A DNA stretch of 64,000 bases from Smithellaceae bacterium (lineage in GTDB: Bacteria > Desulfobacterota > Syntrophia > Syntrophales > Smithellaceae): NCBI GenBank assembly GCA_963682105.1, contig OY821638.1, forward strand, positions 4,821,245-4,885,244, written 5' to 3'. This document shows, piece by piece, positions 8,955 to 16,234 of this stretch. The notes beneath the pieces were generated by a model. The model saw only the letters and a list, made by a program, of their open reading frames with translations. It did not search any database and was not told the DNA's origin. The first letter of the stretch is position 1. The number at the start of each line of letters is the position of its first letter. A program made the translations under genes and the position numbers.

Positions 8955-10196
8955 ATGGGCAGGAATCTCGATAACCTTTTCGTATATCCAAAGCAGTTGA
9001 TGGATGATGAATCCCTGAGTGTCGTGAGACTTGTCAGGCAATGGTCCGACAAGGAGATCGTGACCAAGCGCATGGAATATCGTGAGGACTATGAGAAGCT
9101 CTTCGCGCTGAAGAGAAAAAATCTCTGCATCGATCTCGGACTCCAGAAGCTCACCGTCCCGGCCGATCTCGGAGGGTTCGGATGGAACAGCCCTTCAAAG
9201 GCCCCGGCCTTGCTCGCCCTTGCCTGTGAGACCGGACGCGCCGATGCATCCATAGGCGTCCTTGCAGCGGCATCCTGGGCGCTGTTCCTCATGTTTGCCT
9301 GTAAGCACAATCACAAAGACAGTCTCTGCGGCGCTTTGGCATCCCGGTATTCGGAAGAAGCGGTCCGGACTCCGGCTTTCATCCTGACAGGCCCCGGGAG
9401 AAAGGGAATAGAGACCCCTCTTTTCTTCGGCAGGTCTGTTCTGGCGCTTGCCGAAAGATCCGAAGCAGGCCTCACCCTGAACGGCAAAGACCTCCGTCCT
9501 CTCATCGCAGGCGGCATGGCCGATCTCTTTTGCGTAGTGTACGCTGACGAAAACGGCAAGGCCGGTATCGCGCTTGTACCCGCGGATGCAATGGGCATAA
9601 AACGAGGCCCGTCCATTCTCATGACCGGGCTTAATGCCTGCGGGAATTCACAGATCGATTTCGATCAAGTACCTTTAGCCGTGGAAAATATTCTGGATCA
9701 GGATGGAAATATTGAAGAGCTGTACACCTGGGCCAATCTGCTTCTCGGCGGTGTGAGTGTCGGCGCTGCAATGAATTTCTTTGAACTGCTGGCGGATTGG
9801 AGCGATAACCGGACCATCAAGGGAGGCATCATCCTGAAGGAAAACCCCCTGTGCGCATCGGTTCTTGCCGATGTCGCCGGGGAGATCGCCATGGCAAGGC
9901 TGCTGCTGGGCGATTTAGCCGCAATCATTGCGACGCAGACGGAATCCCGGGCGGAGACCATCCGGCGCGCCTTCACTTACGCCGGGATGATCGGCCACCG
10001 GGTTCAGCAGGGCGTCATGCATGCCATGAACCGCGGCCTGGAGCTCATGGGGTCGGCGGGCTACGCGAGGGAGTGGCATGTAGAAAAGCACTGGAGGGAC
10101 GTGAAAACGATCCAGTCGATACTTTACGGAGTCGCTGCCGAGGCGCCGATCAAAATGGACACTGCCCGGTTTTTCTATAACTGTACTGAGATTTAA
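8955..10196 (+). CDS. Acyl-CoA dehydrogenase family protein (atypical C-terminal motif)
   Basis: GGAGGAG precedes the ATG. The C-terminal EKHWRDVKTIQSILYGV aligns with the ACAD signature EK.MRDAKI.QIYEGT, but the Glu is absent. Confidence 0.8.
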   Translation: MGRNLDNLFVYPKQLMDDESLSVVRLVRQWSDKEIVTKRMEYREDYEKLFALKRKNLCIDLGLQKLTVPADLGGFGWNSPSKAPALLALACETGRADASIGVLAAASWALFLMFACKHNHKDSLCGALASRYSEEAVRTPAFILTGPGRKGIETPLFFGRSVLALAERSEAGLTLNGKDLRPLIAGGMADLFCVVYADENGKAGIALVPADAMGIKRGPSILMTGLNACGNSQIDFDQVPLAVENILDQDGNIEELYTWANLLLGGVSVGAAMNFFELLADWSDNRTIKGGIILKENPLCASVLADVAGEIAMARLLLGDLAAIIATQTESRAETIRRAFTYAGMIGHRVQQGVMHAMNRGLELMGSAGYAREWHVEKHWRDVKTIQSILYGVAAEAPIKMDTARFFYNCTEI

Positions 10197-10210
10197 GGAG
10201 AGGGTTGACC

Positions 10211-11485
10211 ATGAAACATATTGACGAATTCTCCCGGTCCGAAGAGTACATCTCCCCGTTTGACAGGCACTTCAGACGCCTGCTCAGAAAAACGATCGAG
10301 GAATCGATCATGCCCTACCGGAGGCAGTATGATGAGGACTGGAAGGATCATCATCTTATCGAGCCTGCATTCCACAGGATCATGGTCGGGCTCGGGCTTC
10401 AAAAGGGCCTGTTTCCTATGGAATATGGAGGGATGGGCCTGGCTAAATCCGATTATTTTTTCAGGGCGGGCTATATGGTCTGCGAGGAACTGGGCAGAGC
10501 CGATACCGGTTTTGCCGTCGCACTGGGAGTGACATACTGGCCCCTGCTCGTGATTTCGGTTGATCCTTATGTGAACGAGCGGCTCATTGCCGAGTTTGCG
10601 CCTATGTTCTGCAATGCGGACAAGGCTGTATTTGCAGCCAATGCAATGACCGAACCCCAGGGAGGTTCCGACATCGAAAACCTCGGCCTGCTCGGCGGTA
10701 AAACCATCCGCACGACGGCCCGCCTCGATGGCGACGAGTGGGTGATCAACGGCCACAAACTCTGGCCCACCAATTCAGGCGGCGTGTCGAAACTGTTCGG
10801 TGTACCTTGCACGACCAAGCCCGGATCAGATGATCCAAATGATTTTGCCTTTATTTATGTGCCTGCCGATCTGCCGGGCGTGACCCAGGGCGGCGCCTAT
10901 GAGAAAGCGGGCATGGCGGCGGACAAGAATGGCGATATCTGGTTGGAGGATGTCCGTGTCCCTTCCTGGTACCGGGCTCACGGTCCGGGCAGGGATGCCG
11001 AGGCCTTCTACCAGCTTATTCCTTTCGGCCAGGTTATGAGCTGCGCATTCCTGACCGGGGCCATGATGAACCTCTATGAGCGACTGTATGAATTTGTATC
11101 CACCCGCACATACAACAATCGTCCGCTCAAAGAGAACGACGCAGTAGCAGGAATCATCGGCCGTATAGCAGGTGACATCGACATTTGCAGAATTCTCGGC
11201 TACGAGTCTGCCATGATCGGGGACCGCAGGAACAAGCCCTATGGGAAGCCGCTGATTTCGGAAGACGTGGTGGGCAGGATCAGAAACATCAAGGACTTCG
11301 TGTCGGATAGAGCGGTGGACTGTTTTGGCAAGGCCATGGACGTGCTTGGCCTCTATGGCGCGGACCGCGACTGGGACATCGAGAAGCACTGGCGCGACAT
11401 TAAGATCGTTCAACTCTGGATGGGTGGCAAGCAGCTCTGCCAGATGGAGGCCGCCCGATACTTCTTTAACTGCGAGACTCTCTGA
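10211..11485 (+). CDS. Acyl-CoA dehydrogenase family protein (atypical C-terminal motif), paralog of the previous gene
   Basis: ATG 10211 is preferred over TTG 10205. Carries AMTEPQGGSD and EKHWRDIKIVQLWMGG, where Met replaces the canonical catalytic Glu. The C-terminal ARYFFNCETL matches ARFFYNCTEI of the neighbour. Confidence 0.8.
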   Translation: MKHIDEFSRSEEYISPFDRHFRRLLRKTIEESIMPYRRQYDEDWKDHHLIEPAFHRIMVGLGLQKGLFPMEYGGMGLAKSDYFFRAGYMVCEELGRADTGFAVALGVTYWPLLVISVDPYVNERLIAEFAPMFCNADKAVFAANAMTEPQGGSDIENLGLLGGKTIRTTARLDGDEWVINGHKLWPTNSGGVSKLFGVPCTTKPGSDDPNDFAFIYVPADLPGVTQGGAYEKAGMAADKNGDIWLEDVRVPSWYRAHGPGRDAEAFYQLIPFGQVMSCAFLTGAMMNLYERLYEFVSTRTYNNRPLKENDAVAGIIGRIAGDIDICRILGYESAMIGDRRNKPYGKPLISEDVVGRIRNIKDFVSDRAVDCFGKAMDVLGLYGADRDWDIEKHWRDIKIVQLWMGGKQLCQMEAARYFFNCETL

Positions 11486-11492
11486 GGTGACC

Positions 11493-11948
11493 ATGGATAA
11501 CAAACAGGACACAGGAATATTGGAAAATCAAACAAGCGTTGCTGAAGAGCTCCTTGCCAGCACCTCCTTCAAGGACAGCCTGCGGCTGTTCCTGAAGAAC
11601 ATCGATCCGGAGTCCGGTCCCGCGCTTGTCCGCACACTTATGGGCAAAGACGTTGAGGTCCCCATGGCGGTAATAAGCGCCATGCCGGCAATAGCGAACT
11701 GCCTTATCAAGATGGCCATGGAAATGGTGGCGCAGATACGGAAATACCCTGCACCGATGCTTACAGGCATGACGGAATCCCTGCTACAGGATGTGGACAG
11801 GGAAACGCTTGCCCGACTGATCGGGGAGATTCGGGAACTCGGCAAAGATATGGCTCCTGTCTTCAGAGCCTTTTCAGCGTCCCTCGAAGAACAGTCTTCC
11901 AAAGAAAAGGAGATGACATCATGCAAACGGGATCTTCCCCGCAAGTAA
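11493..11948 (+). CDS. Hypothetical protein (151 aa), paralog of the next gene
   Basis: ATG at 11493 lies 8 nt after the upstream stop. It shares the pattern ...D(P/S)(E/D)SG...V(R/K)TLMG(K/E)D(V/P)EV... with the downstream ORF. I recognise no family. Confidence 0.6.
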   Translation: MDNKQDTGILENQTSVAEELLASTSFKDSLRLFLKNIDPESGPALVRTLMGKDVEVPMAVISAMPAIANCLIKMAMEMVAQIRKYPAPMLTGMTESLLQDVDRETLARLIGEIRELGKDMAPVFRAFSASLEEQSSKEKEMTSCKRDLPRK

Positions 11949-12565
11949 ATGGCGACATCCTGAAAGCACTCCTGCGGTCCACGCTGGTCAAGGACCTCAT
12001 CAGGATCAACATGAACTCCAGGCATCCTGATTCAGGCAGGAGGACAGTGAAGACGCTTATGGGAGAAGACCCGGAGGTCTTCTTTGCGATCACCGGCGGC
12101 CTTCCCGTGACCGTCAACAACATGATCGGAGCGCTCACCGAGCTGGCGATACAACTGAACAAGTTATCGCCCGAACTTATGAAGTCATTCATGTCAAGCC
12201 TTGCGGACGACATCGACAGAGAGGCGGTCAGGGGGTGCGCAAAAGCCTGGACCGATCTGGCAGCGATGATGCTGCAGGCATCTCCGGAAATGAAGGCTCG
12301 CATTATACAAACCATACTGGCTGAAGGGCCCAGGATCAATGCCAATGCCATCAATGCCTTTTCACGATTCGTGAACGACATCACCCGGGACGACCCCGAG
12401 GCCTTCGGCAGATTCGTATCCAAAGTGACCGAAAACGTTGATGGCAAAGAACTGAGCAAAGCCGCCGCCACCATGACCAACGCTTTCCTCGACCGGAAAA
12501 TGCGCTGGTCGTCCTGGTTCTGGAAGCTGCTGTGGGGCAGGATGAAAAAGAAATTCGGGAGATGA
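11921..12565 (+). CDS. Hypothetical protein (214 aa), paralog of the previous gene
   Basis: AAGGAG (11907-11912) lies 8 nt upstream of the ATG. Overlaps the previous ORF by 28 nt. Mostly helical-looking, with a basic/aromatic C-terminal tail (KMRWSSWFWKLLWGRMKKKFGR). Confidence 0.6.
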   Translation: MQTGSSPQVNGDILKALLRSTLVKDLIRINMNSRHPDSGRRTVKTLMGEDPEVFFAITGGLPVTVNNMIGALTELAIQLNKLSPELMKSFMSSLADDIDREAVRGCAKAWTDLAAMMLQASPEMKARIIQTILAEGPRINANAINAFSRFVNDITRDDPEAFGRFVSKVTENVDGKELSKAAATMTNAFLDRKMRWSSWFWKLLWGRMKKKFGR

Positions 12566-12668
12566 AGCAAAAAGTTATCAGTGCGGGGAACATGATCAAC
12601 GGTATTGTCCGGTTAGCCCCATCACCAAAGTATGCAGCCTCCGTATACTTTAGCCGTAAATTTTGTCC

Positions 12669-12698
12669 TTGACAGACAGGACAAGGTTAAACTATACG
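12669..12698 (+). promoter_or_regulatory. Candidate sigma70-type promoter for the psiF-like gene
   Basis: TTGACA (12669-12674), 18-nt spacer, TATACG (12693-12698). The -35 sits inside an inverted repeat TGTCCT-N8-AGGACA. Sequence pattern only. Confidence 0.3.
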
Positions 12699-12829
12699 AT
12701 GTCAACGCATCATCTATTTTTTAATTAATCTTATTTGTTACGGAAAATCAGGAGAAGAACTCTTATCCCTTTCTGACGGGGAATCGGGCTTATTCTGTTT
12801 TTTCCGAATTAACTCCAAAGGAGGTTTCT

Positions 12830-13204
12830 ATGAAAGGGAAGTGGAAGATTGCAATGGCAGTGACCGTTGTCGCCGCGCTGATCCTGGTTGCGTTTGGCGC
12901 TTTGGCGGTCGAAACGGAGAAAAAAGCCAAGAGTCCCAAACAGCAGGCCCAGCAGGAAAAAATGAAAGCCTGCAATGCCGACGCCAAAGCCAAGGGGCTC
13001 AAGGGCGACGAACGCAAAAAGTTTATGAGTGAATGCCTCAAGGGCGACAAGGACACCTCGGCGACGCCTGCAACGCCGGCCAAAGACACCAAGGCGGCCC
13101 AGCAGGAAAAGATGAAAGCCTGCAACGCCGATGCCAAGGCCAAAGGTCTCAAGGGGGACGAACGCAAGAAATTCATGAGCGAATGCCTCAAGGCCGCTCC
13201 ATAA
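12830..13204 (+). CDS. psiF: PsiF-repeat protein (two PsiF repeats) with signal peptide
   Basis: AAGGAGG precedes the ATG and the N-terminus is hydrophobic. Two copies of AQQEKMKACNADAKAKGLKGDERKKFMSECLK match the PsiF repeat pattern (C-x20-C with KGD.R..FM..CLK). Confidence 0.85.
   Translation: MKGKWKIAMAVTVVAALILVAFGALAVETEKKAKSPKQQAQQEKMKACNADAKAKGLKGDERKKFMSECLKGDKDTSATPATPAKDTKAAQQEKMKACNADAKAKGLKGDERKKFMSECLKAAP
12947..13192. repeat. Internal tandem repeat of the psiF-like gene (2 x 96 nt, period 150 nt)
   Basis: 12947-13042 and 13097-13192 encode 32 identical residues. By my codon-by-codon comparison they differ at 11 synonymous third positions. Confidence 0.9.
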
Positions 13205-13245
13205 TATTCACCCCGACCAAGACTGTATTAACCTGATATTTTGAG

Positions 13246-13280
13246 AAACCGGCCCCAATCGAAACGGGGGCCGGTTTTTT
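13246..13280 (+). terminator. Rho-independent terminator after psiF, possibly bidirectional
   Basis: 11-bp stem AAACCGGCCCC / GGGGCCGGTTT, 10-nt loop, then a T6 run. It sits between the convergent psiF and slp genes. Confidence 0.8.
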
Positions 13281-13290
13281 ATCGCAGGAT

Positions 13291-13818
13291 TTAATGGCGA
13301 TACCGCGGGTAGGGACGCCACGGATAATAATAGTACGGATATGGATTCCAGAAGTACCAGGGGTCATAATAGGAGGGGGTATCCTCCCACTTTTCCCACA
13401 GGTGAAGGGCATTGGACTCGATAACCGGATAAGAGTATGGGTGTTCACCAATCAGCCGTTTTTCTTTTCCCGCAATCTTTCCCACAACCGTTATTTCGCG
13501 ATTTTTGCTGTAAAGGGCCGGGTCAAGAAAACCTCGATGGGAAAGAATAAAACGTCCCGCCGACTTATCCAAATTCGTGGGACGCTTCTGAAAATCGAGA
13601 TCCGTCTGCCTGACGATTATCAGAGTATCATTGGGTTTAGCGATGGTCTCAATGATAACGCCGCCCCAGATGACGCCTTCCCCTTTGAAGTTATCCGGGG
13701 CCTTTAAAACGTCGCTGAATGCGATGTCTCTTTTGACCTCCTGCATAACCTGTTGTGAGAAAGGAGCACAAGAAACGATCAATACGAAAAGGATTGGAAT
13801 GAAAAATTTAGTTCTCAT
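13291..13818 (-). CDS. Slp family outer-membrane lipoprotein, Tyr/Pro/Trp-rich C-terminal tail
   Basis: Lipobox LIVSC. The core VIWGGVIIE...LDFQKRP...SAGRFI...GFLDP matches the Slp pattern. The tail is YYDPWYFWNPYPYYYYPWRPYPRYRH. Confidence 0.8.
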   Translation of the reverse strand: MRTKFFIPILFVLIVSCAPFSQQVMQEVKRDIAFSDVLKAPDNFKGEGVIWGGVIIETIAKPNDTLIIVRQTDLDFQKRPTNLDKSAGRFILSHRGFLDPALYSKNREITVVGKIAGKEKRLIGEHPYSYPVIESNALHLWEKWEDTPSYYDPWYFWNPYPYYYYPWRPYPRYRH

Positions 13819-14352
13819 TTAAAACCCCACTCCCACGCCGCCGCCGATACCGCCGCCGCGGCTTCCACCAACCCCGCCGATGCCGATGCGAAATCGAGGC
13901 GTATTATAGGCGTCATCCGGCTTCCAGAGATAATGTTCACGGGCAGTTATCACGGGATACGTGTAATTGATATCACTGAGCGAGCGGGTGGTCTTGCCTT
14001 CCACCTGTCCTGCCACGGTCAACTTCCTGCCATTTGCATAGATGGTAGGGTCGAGGAAGCCCTTAATGCTGACGATAAAACGGCCTGCTGATTGATCGGC
14101 GTCCGATGGCCGCTGTTGATAGTCGAGGGGCTTTTCCAGAACCTCAATCCACGTTTCGTCAGCCTTCGGGGTTGTCGCAATGATCTGCCCTCCGAGAAGA
14201 ACGATCTTTCCTTTCATTAAATCGGGATCTTTCTGCAGCGCCGTAAAAGAGATACTTTTATCCACGGTGCTCATGGTCGTCTGCGAAATAACGGGAGCAC
14301 AGGCTGATATCAGCGCCACTATACATCCGATGATAACGATTTTTTTACTCAT
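13819..14352 (-). CDS. Slp family outer-membrane lipoprotein, Gly-rich C-terminal tail
   Basis: Lipobox LISAC. The core VLLGGQIIA...LDYQQRP...SAGRFI...GFLDP matches Slp. The tail is IGIGGVGGSRGGGIGGGVGVGF. It abuts the downstream slp paralog with no gap. Confidence 0.8.
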   Translation of the reverse strand: MSKKIVIIGCIVALISACAPVISQTTMSTVDKSISFTALQKDPDLMKGKIVLLGGQIIATTPKADETWIEVLEKPLDYQQRPSDADQSAGRFIVSIKGFLDPTIYANGRKLTVAGQVEGKTTRSLSDINYTYPVITAREHYLWKPDDAYNTPRFRIGIGGVGGSRGGGIGGGVGVGF

Positions 14353-14563
14353 TATTGACCTCGCTTTCCAATCGCGGGGGGTCGAGGTTTGTTAGAGAAC
14401 AACCAGATTGATCCATGCAACAACTACAACTTAAAGGTATTCTTTGTTCACAAAAAGTCAAGGGGATATTTATCCAATCAGTTGAGATTTTATCCGATAG
14501 AAATCACAATTCATGTCCGTTGTTCAATACGTACCGCTAATGATTTTCGAAAGCAGTATTACC

Positions 14564-14592
14564 TTGACAGGCCATAATGAAAAATATAAAAA
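14564..14592 (+). promoter_or_regulatory. Candidate sigma70-type promoter of the PqqD/HprK-like operon
   Basis: TTGACA (14564-14569), 17-nt spacer, TAAAAA (14587-14592). This is mutually exclusive with translation of the 30-codon ORF that starts at 14577. Confidence 0.3.
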
Positions 14593-14669
14593 AACTCTGC
14601 TTTGTCAGACAGGACGCAGACGCAAAAGAGCAGAAATTCATATTCTTTTCGGGAGTTCAGCATGTTTGA
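14577..14669 (+). CDS. Speculative 30-codon ORF (MKNIKKLCFVRQDADAKEQKFIFFSGVQHV) overlapping the PqqD-like start
   Basis: I translated it by hand. Its stop TGA (14667-14669) overlaps the PqqD-like ATG (14662) by 8 nt. The only upstream SD-like element is a weak AGG. No homology evidence. Confidence 0.15.
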   Translation: MKNIKKLCFVRQDADAKEQKFIFFSGVQHV

Positions 14670-15102
14670 TATATCTCAGCAAGTCATTCACGAAACCATC
14701 GACGGCGAAACGATGATTGTCCGTCTCGACAGCGGCAATTATTACAGCATGAATCCGATTGGCGGCCAGGTCTGGGCCTTGATTGAACAGGGGGCGTCAA
14801 AAGATCAGATTGTCTCCGCGTTTTCCGGGCTTTACGGCCTTGAAAAAAAGAGCGTTGAAGAGCCGATAGAAACTTTCCTCAAGTATCTCATTGTAGAAGA
14901 ACTGATTCTTCCCAACGGGGCGTCGTCGCATGCAGGCGCGGTGTATTCGCCCGCCGGCATGGAGCGCCTGACGGATTTCTTTGAACCGCCGCTTCTTTCC
15001 AAATATTCCGATATGCAGGAACTGCTCATCCTCGATCCCATTCATGACGTAAGCGATGCAGGCTGGCCGAATCCCAAGCCGGAAAAAGAGGATAATGGAT
15101 AA
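14662..15102 (+). CDS. PqqD family protein (RiPP-recognition-element-type peptide chaperone)
   Basis: ATG 14662 lies 6 nt after GGGAG. ETMIVRLDSGNYYSMNPIGGQVWALIEQGASKDQIVSAFSGLYGL...VEEPIETFLKYLIVEELI is the PqqD pattern. A ~55-aa C-terminal extension follows. Confidence 0.8.
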   Translation: MFDISQQVIHETIDGETMIVRLDSGNYYSMNPIGGQVWALIEQGASKDQIVSAFSGLYGLEKKSVEEPIETFLKYLIVEELILPNGASSHAGAVYSPAGMERLTDFFEPPLLSKYSDMQELLILDPIHDVSDAGWPNPKPEKEDNG

Positions 15103-16231
15103 CAGAGAAATCGGGCGGGAACCGCTTGCGACGGTGGAGCCTGCGGAAAGTCATGCGCTTCTCGACGCCTACTTCGATTCCGCACTGAAAATATTTATAT
15201 CCGCACAGGCAACGCACACCGGGCCTGTCAAAAAGTATTTCACGCTTTGCGGCAAAACCATAGAACTGACCTTTGCCAATGAGCGGCTTCTTCCTTACAT
15301 AACTCCTGCACTGGAACATATTGCGGCTTCCGCCGTGGACAGCCCTGCGCTTAAAGTCTTCATCTGGGACGATGCGACGACCGGAACCGTTATGCCCGCA
15401 CCGCCCTGGTTCGGCTATGCCGTGCAGAAGCAAGGCGGTCATCTGGAAGGCCTCTATACAAGACGGGGCGATGTCCGGGGGTTCAACAGCAGCCGCATCA
15501 AAACCGCTTACAACTGGTCCGCCAATGCGCTCAGCATGTATGACGCCGGCGAAGCAACAGCCCTGTACTGGACGAGGGACGCTCGGGATTTGCCTGCCTA
15601 TGAGACAAGCGCACCGATTCGAAACATTCTCAACTGGTGGGCCCAGGAGCGCAATTACCATTTTGCACACGGGGCGGCGGTCGGGACCGCGGACGGCGGA
15701 GTGCTTCTTGCGGGCAAGGGCGGATCGGGCAAGTCCACGGCGGCGCTGGCCTGCCTGAACTCGGGCCTGTTTTACGCAAGCGACGATTATTGCCTGGTTA
15801 CCGCGGACCCTGTGCCTGCGGCGTACAGCATATTTTCTTCCGCCAAGGTCGATCCCGGAAACATTTTCAGGGTTGAGCATATCGCGCCGTCGCGGGGCAG
15901 AACCGGAAACAAGTATGACGATAAAGAAGTCTTTTTTCTGTATCCGCGATTTGCCGACCGGATCATTCCGGGGTTTCCGCTGCGAGCCATCCTGCTGCCC
16001 CGGATCACCGGCAAGCCGCATTCGGCCTTAAGCCCGGCAACGCCGGCCGACGGCGTCAAGGCCCTGACCATCAGCACGATGTGCCAGTTTCCCGGCGCGG
16101 GTAAAAAAGTGGTGGATATCATGCAGCGCCTCGCCGCGGCGCTGCCCTGTTATCATCTGGATTTCGGGACGGACCCGGCACAGGTTCCCGCGTTGATTCT
16201 GAATCTGCTTGAAAAGAGAAAGGATGGATAA
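15095..16231 (+). CDS. HPr-kinase C-terminal-domain-like P-loop protein (HprK-related kinase)
   Basis: ATG 15095 overlaps the PqqD-like stop (ATGGATAA). The P-loop LLAGKGGSGKSTAALACL followed by FYASDDYCLV resembles the HprK GxSGxGKS...ADD core. Confidence 0.7.
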   Translation: MDNREIGREPLATVEPAESHALLDAYFDSALKIFISAQATHTGPVKKYFTLCGKTIELTFANERLLPYITPALEHIAASAVDSPALKVFIWDDATTGTVMPAPPWFGYAVQKQGGHLEGLYTRRGDVRGFNSSRIKTAYNWSANALSMYDAGEATALYWTRDARDLPAYETSAPIRNILNWWAQERNYHFAHGAAVGTADGGVLLAGKGGSGKSTAALACLNSGLFYASDDYCLVTADPVPAAYSIFSSAKVDPGNIFRVEHIAPSRGRTGNKYDDKEVFFLYPRFADRIIPGFPLRAILLPRITGKPHSALSPATPADGVKALTISTMCQFPGAGKKVVDIMQRLAAALPCYHLDFGTDPAQVPALILNLLEKRKDG

Positions 16232-16234
16232 GCC

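Noticed and set aside
10826-12570. Minus-strand ORFs of 228, 165 and 235 aa
   Set aside because: They are antisense to the second ACAD gene and to the two paralogous unknowns. The plus-strand genes have SDs and tight operon spacing, and the antisense products are low complexity.
12790-13191. 133-aa minus-strand ORF that itself shows an internal repeat
   Set aside because: It is the mirror image of the psiF tandem repeat. The plus-strand gene has a strong SD, a signal peptide and the PsiF motif, so the antisense repeat is a by-product.
14415-14540. 41-codon ORF (MQQLQLKGILCSQKVKGIFIQSVEILSDRNHNSCPLFNTYR) as a possible RiPP precursor
   Set aside because: It has no SD-like sequence, lies upstream of the only promoter-like element of the operon and 120 nt away from the PqqD-like gene, and its composition is unremarkable. 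I kept only the 14577 ORF as a low-confidence candidate.
15026-16021. 331-aa minus-strand ORF
   Set aside because: It is antisense to the HprK-like gene. Its composition is Arg/Pro/Gly-rich and it lacks any motif. The plus-strand gene has a P-loop and translational coupling with its neighbours.
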